A stretch of 64,000 nt of DNA from Eledone cirrhosa (taxonomy: Eukaryota). Positions within the stretch are counted from its first letter, which is position 1, and the number at the start of each line of letters is the position of its first letter. Below, in pieces: positions 22,529 through 34,825 of this stretch. The DNA lies in assembly GCA_964016885.1 (NCBI GenBank), contig OZ024743.1:143406001-143470000 (forward strand), read 5' to 3'. Position numbers and translations under genes: made by a program. The notes beneath the pieces are model-generated. The model had not been told where the DNA came from, searched no databases, and was given only the letters and a program-made list of their open reading frames with translations.

Positions 22529-22601
22529 CGACCTAAACGTGACTCGAAATTGCAAACTTCTGATCCGGAGTCAGACACCTTATCCATTAGGGTAAGCGAC
22601 C
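22529..22601 (-). pseudogene. tRNA-Arg(CCG) pseudogene
   Basis: 73 nt: ...CCTAATGGATAAGGTGTCTGACTCCGGATCAGAAG...; acceptor and T stems mismatched. Confidence 0.8.
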
Positions 22602-23941
22602 ATCTGCGTTTATTCCTTAAAATTTAGAGTAGTATATAAAAGCTTATAAAATGTGTGCTAATTGATGTACAGTTAATGTACTAAATTATTAAAATTTTAA
22701 ATCACAAGTGTCACGCAATGGAATCGAGCCTAAAACCACATGATCGCGAAGAAAACTTTTTAATCACGCAGTCATGGATTTTCTCACCACATAGAAAATA
22801 TGACTGAGGTATTGCCAGCTCGGTGAAAACATGCTCATAAATATTTTCAGCCTCATAAAAAGAAAGTCAGTATTCAACTAAGATTCATTCACCAATATAC
22901 TTCAACCACTTGCTCACATATGTGCTGTGTCCTCTCCCTTTTTTTTTTCTACTGTTACAACAACGACGTGTGCTCATCTGAACTTGCTAGCAGCATACTA
23001 CGTCCACCCAGGCTCACTCTGACTCAAGGTATTTCTTTCAACTTTTGTGTGCTGAGTTCTTGGGTAATAGATTTAATCCGCCGCCTGGAATAACACAGTC
23101 GCCTGGTCGTGTGGTGCCATTAGTTAAATTCACTTTGTCACAAGTATTCGGGTCAGGTCTTGGGTTTTGAGAATGACTTCCAAACAAGTCTCGGTGGCTC
23201 TGAAAACTGAGTGACAGGCAGTGACCTCCTCTCCTTAACTAAACCGTAAAAAATAACAAAACAAAAAATAGCAACGTCTTTTCATCCCTATTCCATCTTC
23301 CAGATCCTGCACTAAACACTTTCCAATCCTTCCGATTCTGAGCTGAAATCCCAGGGCTTCCTTCCCCACAAAATATTTCTCCTGCAGGTGCTCTAATTGA
23401 ATACCAACCTCATTAATCTTATTAGTTTGTATCATCTAGAAATATCATAGGCACAGCCCGCTTCCCTTTAATAAATTAATAAATGTCAATATAGGTATAA
23501 CTTCAGTTTATAAACTTCACTGTGAAAATGTGAACAATTTCTGTTATTTAAAAAAAAACACTATCCACCGTTCTATAATAAAAAAAATTTTTTGATATTA
23601 AAAAAAATTCATTGACCTCTTATTTCAAATCATCCTATATCAATACACTTTAAATTTATATTAGATATATTTCTTATAAAATATAAAGATAAAAACCATA
23701 TTTTTCTATTAAATCAATAAATTATATTCAACTCGATCTTTTTCCTAATTCTATTTACTCTCAATGAAATAATCATAGAAAATAATAATAATATTAAAAC
23801 TAAAATGTTATATATAAACGGTAAGATAATAATTTCATTAAAATAGATATGTTTTGATAGTAAACCCCACCAAATACAGCCCCTAAAGACAAAATTAATA
23901 TAAACATGATCATATTAATATCATCGTCATTTATATTTCCA

Positions 23942-24122
23942 TAATTGTTTCTACTTTTGGCACAAGGCCAGCAATTAACCAATACATTACTGGTACTTTA
24001 TTTTATCGGCCCCGTAAGGATGAAAGGCAAAGTTAACCTCGCCGGAATTTGAACTCGGACCGTAAAGGGACGTAACTATGCTGGAAAGCATGGCGTCCGA
24101 CCCTCTACCGATACTGCCAATT
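23942..24122 (-). mobile_element. tRNA-derived SINE (MetaSINE-like central domain)
   Basis: A box TGGCAGTATCGG, B box GAGTTCAAAT and core CTTTGCCTTTCATCCTTACGGGG.CGATAAAATAAAGTACCAG; many copies in the window. Confidence 0.8.
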
Positions 24123-24659
24123 CAGTGAAGTCTAACCACATCTCTTCACAATATAAATATACACAGTAAAACAAGAGGTTGCCTTTATATACTTCACAAC
24201 TGCAAACAAGTATCCTTATCCTCCTGTCCACATTGTGAGCTATAGTTAAACGCTATTTATATATTTTAAAAACCCATTTGAATTCAATAGCCAGCCTAAT
24301 TTGGTGTTATGTGCATCCGTCGATTACATAATTAATTAAGAAATATTTCTGCCCAACACAGTATGTTAGAAAATCTATGATACACTTAATATAGTTATAA
24401 CTACAATTTATAAACATTGCAATGAAACTTGAAACAGATGTGAACGAACGCTGCAGAGTGAGATCAAATTTGAAACCTTATGATTGCGAAGCAAACTTTT
24501 TAACCATTCGGCCATGTACACAAATGCAGACGCGATTAAATTTGGATTGACAAACAAGAAAAAAATGCCTCATTTTTTCGAGCTTTCTTTAGTGTTGCAG
24601 TGTAAAAATGATAGTTGTTACCATTTTTAATAATTAAAAAAGAAAGAAAATACTTGCTG

Positions 24660-24732
24660 CGACCACGACGAGACTCGAACTCGCAATCTTCTGATTCGAA
24701 GTCAGACGCCTTATCCATTAGGCCACGCGGCC
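24660..24732 (-). tRNA. tRNA-Arg(TCG)
   Basis: GGCCGCGTGGCCTAATGGATAAGGCGTCTGACTTCGAATCAGAAGATTGCGAGTTCGAGTCTCGTCGTGGTCG: all stems pair, A/B boxes intact, T-runs downstream. Confidence 0.93.
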
Positions 24733-25137
24733 AGTCCATATATTCAGCTGGTTTATAAATAGTATTTTATATAAAATGAGTTACTTTCAATTCTATTTTT
24801 TTAAAGAAATGACTAGATTAATATTATATCATACAGTATGGTCGAGCGGTTAAGTTCACTTCGCAATCATAAAGTGCCGGGTTCGATCTCTCTGCACGGT
24901 ATCTTGAATAACTTATACATTCAGTAAAAGGTTCAACTTAACATAGCCTACATTTACAAAATATCATTCATAGCCATTTCAAACTAATTTCTATGTAGAG
25001 TCTCTCGTGCTGATGGACACGTTGCTTTTCATCTATCCTTAAGCCGCTTTGAATAACAGTAAATATTGCCTGAAATCTCCAACTCAAGCTAAAGTGGCTG
25101 CTTCTAATATCATTTTCATTCCATGGATACTTTACAG

Positions 25138-25455
25138 CAGGGGTGTGCAACATATACCATTGGCTGGCCACTTTTGAACATTGAAACAACTATTAGAGCC
25201 ATTAATATTTATTAAGCACTATTCCAAAGATTCACCTCAACTTCTTTCCATAACAAGGAACTGGGAAATTATAACACACATAACCCTATCAGTGAAGCCC
25301 TTTAGTATAGGTCAACTAACAGAAATTGTATTACGGTTATGAAAAATATTTTAAATAAGCCTACAAAGTAAAAATTAAAAACGGTCGTCGCAGGTCACCC
25401 GGACTGGTCTGGCGGGCCCGATTGTGGCCCGCGGGCCGCCTGTTGCACGCCCCTG
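25138..25455. mobile_element. hAT MITE
   Basis: TIRs CAGGGGTGTGCAACA / TGTTGCACGCCCCTG; 8-bp TSD CTTTACAG/CTTTACAA. Confidence 0.85.
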
Positions 25456-25604
25456 CTTTACAACGTTCTGTCTAGAATGGCGAACCGACAAAGCCGTTAA
25501 AGTATCGGATTAAATGTGTGTGTTTGTTCCGGCTCTCTGCACTGTGAATTCAAATACCGCCAAGATCGACTTTGCCTTTCGTCTTTTCAGCGACGATAAA
25601 TAAT

Positions 25605-25790
25605 TGTTTCTACGTTAGGCACAAGGCCAGCAATTACCCAGTACATTACTGGTACTTTATTTTATCGACCCCGTAAGGATGAAAGGCAAAGTTAACCTTG
25701 GCTGGATTTGAACTCAGAATGGCAAGGGCCGTAACTCTATGCGTCAAAGCATGGCATCCGACCCTCTACCAATACTTCCAATCCACCGCC
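25605..25790 (-). mobile_element. Full-length SINE with 17-bp TSD, nested in an older + strand SINE
   Basis: TSD CAGCGACGATAAATAAT at 25588-25604 and 25791-25807. Confidence 0.9.
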
Positions 25791-27229
25791 CAGCGACGAT
25801 AAATAATGTACCAATCCAAGAACAGTGAATTGAACAGAATTGCTTAAAAGTCAAACGAATTGTTTTTGCGGTGCCTGTTCTGACTATGTGCGTTATGAGT
25901 TCAAATACATCCTCCTTCTGTCAAAAGTTGCTGAATTCCAGATAATACCAGCAAATGGAAACATTTTATTTTTTTTGTCTGATCTGACAATCGGCTCACT
26001 CTTTTTTTCTTTTATCTCTATTCCATTAAAAAATATTAACATAACTCACATAGTCGAAGAGAAAACTAGATCGGAGTCGATTCTACCATTATAGGTTAAA
26101 GAAGCACAGCTGTAATTTTACTGGACTGCTTCAGCTAAGTAAGAAGGGTGTGGCAAACATGCTTATTGTCATACCTTTGAGGCAGTTCCAGTCTCATTCC
26201 GTGCACATTGGGTGTCGTAAGAAGCAAATGGATCTACCTATGCATCTCACTCGTGTCCGGGTTGATCTCCCTGCGTGATACTCGCTTGTTTCGAGCTTGG
26301 CCAGAGAACATAGCAAAACTCACACACTCATTCGCACAAGTCATAACAAGCGTCCGCACTCGATCGCAGCACACGCACCAAGAGAGAGACAGCCGGCACC
26401 TCCGACGTGATGTCACAGGCCCCTCGCTTCCGGTTCCCTAGCCTCACATTGGGCAAGTGTCTTCTACCGTAAAATTTGGTAGAAGAAGACTATGTAGAAG
26501 CCCTTCGTATATATATATATGTGTGTGTGTGTGCCTCAAGGTCTGAGTTTACTGTTTGTTTATGTCATGTAACTTAGCGGTTCGACAAGAACGATCGATG
26601 AAATAAGTACCAGATTTGAAAAAATAAGTACTGAGTTCAATGTGATCAACTAAATCCCTTTAAGGCTGTGCCCCAGCGTGGACACATTCCAATAACTGAA
26701 ACAAATAAAGAATAATATTGTTGGAGGGGCCTGGTATTTTCCGTTTGAGAATCACTGCGTTAATCCAACCGTTCAACGGAGAGAAAATCAGCAACGTCGA
26801 ACCAATAAAATCTACCATTAAATTGTTTGTCTTGTAGTTAAGTAAATAAATAAATCTCTAAGCGATTTGCCGAGACAGTTCGGTTGAGAAGTCGCGCTCC
26901 ATGTCTTGTTTATTAAACAAATATATGTAACTGTGATAATTTTGAACGGCCGTCAGAGATAGAGAGTTATTGGTATTTGGCAGGTCTGCAGTGTCAATAA
27001 AACCACAGCAATGGTCCTTGCAGATGAAAAGAAGCAGGCAGGCGTTCACCGCACCGCTAAATAACATCCGGGTTATTGGGGGTATTTTACCGTATTAAAT
27101 TATTATTGACAGAATCGATCGAACGAAATCTTTGCTGTATTTGAAATAGTAAATAGATATCTAAATTTATTTATGATAAAAACTGTATAAACATGATATT
27201 ATTTACAGTAACAATAATAATAATAATAA

Positions 27230-28532
27230 TAATTTCTATTATAGGCACAAGGCCAGCAATTATCCCAGTGTATCACTGGTACTTTATTTTATCGACCCCG
27301 TAAGGATGAAAGGCGGGATTTGAACTCAGACCATAAAGGGCCGTAACTCTATGCTGCAAAGCAAGGTGTCCGATTCTCTACCGATACTACCAATCCACCG
27401 CCAATAATAATTGTTTCTACTTTTGGCACAAGGCCACCAATTACCCAGTGCATTACTGGTACTTTATTTTATCGATCCCGTAAGGATGAAAGGCAAAGCT
27501 AACCTCGGCGGGATTTGAACTCAGCCTGGCGTCCGACCCTCTACTGATACTGCCAATCCAACTATAATGACGGCAATAATTAAAAAAGGGAGGGGAAACA
27601 AAAGGAAAGAAAGAATAAGGAAATATAGAGAGAAAGAAAGAAGAAAAAGAACGGGAAGGGGAGGGGTCCGCTTTTAACGGGTCGAGTTCGAATCCGACCA
27701 TGATCAATTTTGCCTTTCATCCTTCCTGAAATAAAGTATCTGTCGAATAATGAGGTCGTGTAATCGAATTTTTCCTTCCCTGAAAATTGAAGATTGTTGA
27801 ACTTGTACCTAAATTAGAAACCTGGTCAATAAAGAAATAATTATTGTTTAAGTGGCAGACAAATGGTTCTGTGGTACTTATTTCGGTTCTTTACATACTA
27901 AGTTCAAATCGCACCAAAAAATGTGTTGCCTTTTATTTATTCGAGGTCGATAGAATAAAGTGCCAGTAAAATAATGGGGTTGATTTAATCGACTTTTCCC
28001 TCCCACAAACTGTTGGCCTAAATTAGAAACAATTATTAATGGATAGGCAATACTTACGAGAGTCGACAGAATAAAGTACCAGTAAAGCACTGGGTCGATT
28101 TAATTGACTTTCCTCTTCCCCCCAAAATTGTTGGCTTTTGCCTAATGCAGAAACAATTAGTAATGGATAGGCAGAATTGTTAGGGCGCCGGAGGAAGTAC
28201 TGTGTGTTATTTCTTTCGACTCTTTATGTTCTAAGTTCAAATCCTTCCAAAGTCATTTTTGCCTTTCATATTTTCAAGGTCGATAAAATAAAGTATCAGT
28301 CTAGTGTTGGGGGTTGGTTTAATCAACTTTGTCCTTTACTGACCTAGTGCGTAAATTAGAAATCGCTATTTACGGCTTTTTACATTCTTAGTTCAAATTC
28401 CGCCAAAGTCAACTTTGCCTTTCATCCTTCCGACGTCAATAAAATAAAGTACCGGTTAAAAGCTGGAATGGATTTAGTCAATTTTCCTTTCCCTTAAATT
28501 TTCTGGCCTTGTACCTAAATTAGAAACCATTA
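27230..28532. mobile_element. Cluster of ~7 copies of the same SINE family (two on -, the rest on +)
   Basis: Recurrent TTTGCCTTTCATCC, GTCGATAAAATAAAGTACC and CCTAAATTAGAAAC motifs. Confidence 0.8.
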
Positions 28533-28991
28533 CTATTTATATTTTGTATTTGTCTGATAAAGTGACTTGATCTGAGACCGTATACTGAAACTGTTGACTT
28601 GATTTGGCATTTATCACATATTCCTTTGTTTGTAAAGTTGAAGTTAACAGTTTTTATGTTTTTAAATGGCTAAAACGATTCTTCCACAATGTAATTGGGT
28701 ATTATTATTTATTTTATTTGTTTGTTTGTTACTATTTGTTGACTTCCTATTAAACTGAATGTACCACCCCCACCCAGCACGTCCACAGTTTCTGTTGCTG
28801 TAATTTCTGCTTCTAATGTCTCTCAACTGTTGTCTTTGATGTAAATAAAAGAAAAGTCAGTCGTGTGAGCATTGGTGACACTACTCAAAGCCTGCACCAG
28901 TGTATTTAGCGCCCTAGGCTCAATCTATAACATGCGCCCCATTCTGCCCAATAAAATAATTTTAACTCAGTTTAGTAAACTGACAAACTTA

Positions 28992-29160
28992 CCATATATC
29001 CCGGCATTGAGGATGCTACTTTTTTCATAAAATAAGTCTCAAAAATCTACCATGCGTCCTGGAGGCCGAAGGTTGTTTATTTTTTTTTCTTAAAATTTTT
29101 GGTAGTCAAAATTAGGGTGCGTCCTCGAGGATGAAGCGTCTTCGGCGCCGGGAAATACGG
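28992..29160. mobile_element. Tc1/mariner (Tigger-like) MITE
   Basis: TA|CCATATATCCCGGC ... GCCGGGAAATACGG|TA. Confidence 0.7.
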
Positions 29161-29199
29161 TAGTTTTTTTAACACTTCTTGCTCTGACCACACTAAGAA

Positions 29200-29432
29200 A
29201 ATTACTAAGCTTTTATTTTCCACTACTCAGTCCACACACGTCCATACCAAATTATATAACAGGTCATATCTTTATACAACTTTCTCCACTGGCAAAGATG
29301 TTCAGCGATTTATTTGTTGATCGCAGATCCAGTTGGGTTATTTGAAAACGGTTACTTCTGACAGGATCCGCTGTAAGGCATGCTTGAGAATTCTGCCCAA
29401 CGACCCTCCCAGGAATAAGTGGGCGAAGAAGT
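29200..29432 (+). mobile_element. 3' end of an RTE-like LINE
   Basis: Reverse complement aligns with 48730-48845 (CCACTTATTCCTGG...CCTGTCAGAAG.AACCGT). Confidence 0.6.
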
Positions 29433-29654
29433 TCAGTAATGCGTCTCTCATACGCCTGCGCTCTGAACGGTGCCTAGTCGGCCTTAATGGAAGCGCCGGC
29501 CTTAATGCTACTGAGGAAAGATCTGAAGACGATGTGATATACAACTTTACACTATAAACTCTGCTAAACACAAAGTTGAAGATGTTGGCAATGGTGTTCA
29601 CCCATAGCTTAAGCGCTTATCTTCGGTAAGGAGTCGAAGTCACCCAGATCTAAT

Positions 29655-29880
29655 TACATGCATCTGTTCAATGGATATAAACATGTTACTCCGATGTAAC
29701 AAACTACATCTGTTAAACATTCGTTCATTGTGTATAAGCATACATAACAAATTACATCTGTTAAACATTCGTTCATTGTGAATAAACATAATTCTCCTAT
29801 ATAACAAACCACATAGGTTAAATATTCGCTCATGTGTATATAAACATGTTACTCCAACATAACACTACATTTGTTAAATT
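29655..29880. repeat. Minisatellite, ~48-58-bp unit, ~4-5 copies
   Basis: Repeats of ACATCTGTTAAACATTCGTTCATTGTG...ATAACAAA. Confidence 0.75.
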
Positions 29881-30084
29881 GCAGGTAAGATCATTGCTAA
29901 GATTGTGAGTTTCGATCCCATTTTCAGAGACTGGATCACTGGATTGTTCGTTTGGTCTGTTGGACGTATTATTATTCAGATAGAAGACATTAAAGAGCAT
30001 CCTGATCGAACTTTTATTAACGCTTAGTTAAAAGAGTGATGCATACGACTTTCTTCAGAGCCTCCATGACAGTTGGAGTTAGTT

Positions 30085-30751
30085 AATTTTCTATATAGAT
30101 AATAAACACAACCACAAGTATATGGTCCGAATGTGGAAGAACCGAACTCCCACTGTCATCGCCTCCATCTCTCTCGCCTCCCCATCTCTCACTATTATGA
30201 ACAAATGGGGTCGCACGTGCTGACCACCCCACAGCCCCGGCGGACAGAATGGAGAAAGCGTTTCCCCGGAGCATGGTAAGGGAGATGCGCTGGAAGAGCC
30301 ATTCCATCTCGCGAGGCTCACACCTGCGGCTGGCCAGCTCATAGCCTATGGTGGTGAGTAGGGAGGTATCCCTGGTGCCAAGGACACCAAAAGTCTCCAC
30401 TGCGAAAGGCACGACCGCAAACTTGCCAGAGAGCGACCGGTACTTGGAGAGTTTTCCCCCCTCAGCCCGACGTGCAGAAGAACCCGGGTTAGTTGCAGAG
30501 GGACGTCAGCAGAGGGAGAAGGAGGAAGGACGTCTACTAGGCTAAGTCCCAGCCGGCTCCATGTCTCGCAGGCGGCCGCACGTTCCCGATCACAAAGGCT
30601 TCCATTGTTTTGGAGAACCCTGCTGACGAGGACGCGGCATGAGGTTACCGACGGAAGAAACGCCGGCAAGCCAGCGAGCTCGGAGGCCAAGGCCACCATA
30701 TCTAACAGGTAAAGTGGCCCGTTGACAGCAGCCTTTGTCTAGGCCAATGTT
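30085..30751 (-). mobile_element. CRE-clade (RLE) non-LTR retrotransposon, 3' segment with internal deletion
   Basis: QRATLPVRYGGLGLR; FAVVPFAVETFGVLG...LFQRISLTMLRGNAFSIL. Confidence 0.8.
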
Positions 30752-31906
30752 TCGACCTTTAGGCAAGCGCCTATCCCAAGCGTGCCGAAGGACGCCGCAT
30801 CCCCTGTTCTCGTGTGTCTTCAACCTCCATCCCTGAGACCAGTGCCAAGCGTTTACGTGACCGCGTAAACGCCAAACTAATCATGGGTGATGTCTCGGCC
30901 GCAGTCAGAGTGGTTGCCTCAGTGGACACTGCCCTCCAACCCGCCGAGGAGGTCCTGGCTGCCCTGCGACTCAAGCACCCTGAGCAATTCACTAACCTTA
31001 GACCCATACCCCACCCGATCCCAACTTTCTCCTTGTGGCTTCCGACGCAGACATCATGTCTGCCAACAAGTCCTTCCCAGCTAGCACCAGGTCCATTACA
31101 CCTGCACTGGGTGTGGAGCTCAGTCCGGTGCAACTGGGTGTCGGCGTGTCCGGTGGCTGTGAGGGGGCCGCAACCAGGAAGTTCTTCAACAGCTTCCCAC
31201 CGGAACCGATATCCTGGGACTCCAGGCACCTCATTGTCAAGCTTGACATGAGGAATGCCTGTAACTGCCTACGCCGTGACCATCTGTTCGATGCCTGCCT
31301 CAGCTGAGCCCCCTCTCCCTATCCGCTGGTCTAACTGTCATATGGAGCCCCGAGCATGCTCCTTGCTGCTGATACGGTCATACCTTCAGCCACTGGGGTC
31401 TAACAGGATGACCCTTTGGTCCTCCTCCTGTTTGCTTGGTATAGACCACATTGCTCGGAGTATCACGGCCCCTCTCAACATTTTATACCTGGATGATGCT
31501 ACGTTAGGCGGGCCTGTAGAGACTGTCTGCCATGACCTTAAATCGGTGGTTCCTGCCCTGGCGGGAATCGGCCTCCAGGTCAACTCGTCCAAGTCGGATG
31601 TTGAGAGCTTTGCAGCCTCCGTCTCGGACGTGCGGTCCATTCTCCACCAGATACAGGTGACCCCCAAAGAGGATGTCCTCATCCTCGGGTCACCGATCCA
31701 CCATCAGGTCCAGGCTGCAGAAACTCCAGACCCTCACGAGCCGACTGGGCTTGATTGGCGGCCACCTAGCCCTCTTCCTGTTGAGGAACTGCTTCGCCAT
31801 GCCGAAGCTCTATACTTTTCGCAGCGCTCCGTACTACAGCCACGCATCTCTCCTTGTTGACCCCGACACTTGTATCCGAGCGGCAGCTGAGGAGATATGC
31901 AACGTC
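30752..31906 (+). mobile_element. CRE-clade reverse transcriptase segment, inverted relative to its 3' part, decayed
   Basis: KLIMGDVSAAVR, PVQLGVGVSGGCE, VKLDMRNA, ATGV*QDDP, LYLDD, ALFLLRNCFAMPKL; frameshifts and stops. Confidence 0.82.

Positions 31907-31907
<1 letters not shown>

Positions 31908-31986
<79 letters not shown>
31908..31986. repeat. (AC)n microsatellite
   Basis: Directly visible. Confidence 0.97.
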
Positions 31987-31987
<1 letters not shown>

Positions 31988-32284
31988 TTTACATATCAAA
32001 GTTAGCTTGGCTCAAGTAATTGGAATTGAAAAGTTATACAGGTATGACATTCAAAAATTCTAACCTTCCTAAAGCTAAAAAGCTCAGCTGAGGGCACAAA
32101 TAAGTTGCTACGGCCATCGCTGGTACCCCCCCCCCCCCCCCTCCACACACACATACACTGCAGGGAGACCGGGGCAATTTCCCCCTTGGCCTCCATTAAA
32201 TCTGGCCCTGGTGGTAATGGCAAGCACCGAGATTGGATAACCCTCTTGCGATTCAAGGGAGGTTAATCTGTGAGGTAAATATCT

Positions 32285-32570
32285 AATCTACGACATGTTC
32301 TTTGCCACCAACCAATCACTTCGGCCACAAACCCGGGCTCTGCAACCTGAAACACGGGTGGGGAGTGGGGAGATAGCCAATTACCAGGGTTTGACCAACC
32401 GTTTCCGTTTCGTGCAGGTCACCGTCGAGACTTCTGGTGTCCTCCCTCGATCTCCAAAATGCCGTTTTCCTTCGCAAAATTGGGAGGAGTAAATCCCACC
32501 TGAGGAAGGAGCTCTGAGAGAGGCAGTTCTCCACAGCAATGCCTCCACCATTTTTTCTGCGGAGCGTAGT
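32285..32570 (+). mobile_element. CRE-clade endonuclease C-terminal fragment
   Basis: IANYQGLTNRFRFVQVTVETSGVL, parallel to the 30346-30450 segment. Confidence 0.6.
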
Positions 32571-33544
32571 TGAGATATACCGCTTAAATTAGGGTATAGA
32601 GTCAGTTGCACAATCCCCTCCTCATTTCTTTTGCTATTTAATTTCTTTTCATTATTTTTTTTTTATTGTAAACATATAATGTGAGATTTTGTGAATAAAT
32701 TTACTTTGTTATTCACCTCTTATCAGTGAGTTAACATGCATTCCGATTAAACCAGTCTACCGCGGTGAGTTTTGTGACACTCGATGATACTTGATAACAA
32801 TGTAAAGGAAGTGCCGACTTAGCAATCCATGCCACTATCCTGAAGATACATTTAACAAGAAGGGATTTTATCATACAATTATTTATGATGCAAGGGAAAT
32901 AACTCGTACAGTCACAAGCTTTTTTTTTTTTACATTGATTTTGTTTATTAAGTCTGTTCAAAATTAATCGATTCAACTTTGTTTTCATTCTAGAGATGAA
33001 TAAAATGCACGGTCGGCCCTGATGGGTGTTGAATACATAACGTAGATATATGTAATTCATATCACAAATTGTTAGGTATAGTCAAATGAATGACTGGACA
33101 TTATTTTATTGATACAGAAACATGAAAAAATAATCCAATTTGGTGAGGTTTGAACTCAGAATTCAGACCAAAAAGGAAATGTAAATAGATAAATGTAAGG
33201 TAAAGAACCTTTAACACTTGATAAAGTCGTAAAGGCACCGTCATGAGACATGGCGTGTCTTATGTATTTTAAACCTGGCAGAAACCATCCTCTCCAGAGA
33301 GAGAGAGGGAGTGGAGAGAATGATCAACCCTAGTACTGGACTGGTATTTTGTTTACTGATCTCAAAAGGAGGAAAAAGCAAAAGTAACCTCGGTAGGATC
33401 TGAACGAAGAGAACAGTGAGCCGTAACAAATCTTTTGTGACGCTAAACTCCGCCAGTTGCAGACTGCGCATTAACATGTGATGTCTCTCTCCACAAAGTT
33501 CGATCACCAGCAGCAGAGTTCAAAGAGAAAAGATTAAGTCCAGT

Positions 33545-33875
33545 CCATAAGTTGACATTGTCAAGCCATTATTTTGGCTGCCGGCCTCTGCTTCTCTTAC
33601 CAGCCAACCTTCCTTCCAGGCATAACCTACTCACACCACTAGTTGATCGTTTTATATGGCCGTATAGTTTGAGTACTCTTGACTTGACAATTGATGTAAT
33701 TGGTCTCAGTCTGGGAATGTTGAGCAGCTCACTGATACATATACGGTCGTTGAGCCGCTTACCAGTCATAAGTCTCATGTTGTAGTTCTGGAATGTAGAG
33801 AGCTTCTGAAGTGACCTTGTCGTCCAATTAACAAAGACATATTTAATCCGATGCCTTAACAACTCTACTAACACG
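33545..33875 (-). mobile_element. RTE-like LINE 3' coding fragment
   Basis: KSRVLKLYGHIKR...LEGRLAGKRSRGRQPK. Confidence 0.7.
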
Positions 33876-34154
33876 CAGCCATAAACTTCCAGAACTAACT
33901 ACTACGAGGTATATTGTTCGGAACCCTTATTGTAGCTACCGCTACCTTATCCTGTACGAAATTAATTATTGTAAGACATTTGTTTCAACTCTCAACTATT
34001 TATTTTGGCTACTTTCCACACCCTTCTAACATTTTACAATAAACGCAAAAATGAAATTTCATCACAGTTTTTAGTGTTAAATCCTTTTATAAAACGAAAG
34101 CTGAAGAATGATATCAAGTAAAAAATAATTCTGGAGTGATGTGGGAGGTAAATA

Positions 34155-34825
34155 TTATTTAGCCAAAAGGCCAGAAATGTTAGGGTCAGGGGAAAGCCGA
34201 TTATATCGACTGGTGCTTTATTTTATTGACCCCAAAAGGATGAAAGGCAAAGTTGATATCGACGGGTTTTGAACTCAGAAAGTAATGAGCCATGAGAAAT
34301 ATTGCAAATCATATTATACGACGCTCTAACTATTCTACTAATTCGCCGTCCTTGTGTGAATTAATGCAGATTTCTTATTTAAGCACAAGGCCAATAAATT
34401 TGATGGAAAAGGCAAAGTTGATTCAATCAACACAGTACTTGACTTGGTACTTTATTTTATCAATCCCGGAAGGATAAAAAGTAAAGTTGATATCGGTGGA
34501 ATTTGAACTCAGAACGTAGAAAGTCATAATTAGATACCGCAAGATATTTTGTCCGATGCTCTATCGATACTGCCAATTCACCGCCATCATTGTGAGAATT
34601 AATATTGAGAATTTCTAATTTAGGCACAAGTCCAACAAATGTAAAGGAAGAGCAAAGTTGATTAACTCAACCACAGCACTCGACTGGTATTTTATTTTCT
34701 TAATCCCGGAAGGATAAAGGGCAAAGTTAACCTCGGCGGGAGTTGAACTAAGAATATAAAAAGCCAGAACAAATACTGCAATAGCAGTTTATCCGATGAT
34801 CTACCAATTCTGCCAATTCACTACG
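34155..34825 (-). mobile_element. Three head-to-tail SINE copies
   Basis: Three ~230-bp units, each with ACTGGT..TTATTTT...GGAT.AAAG.CAAAGTT...TTGAACT. Confidence 0.75.

Noticed and set aside
29333-29601. GC-richer overlapping ORFs
   Set aside because: Largely the 3' end of an RTE-like LINE homologous to 48730-48845.
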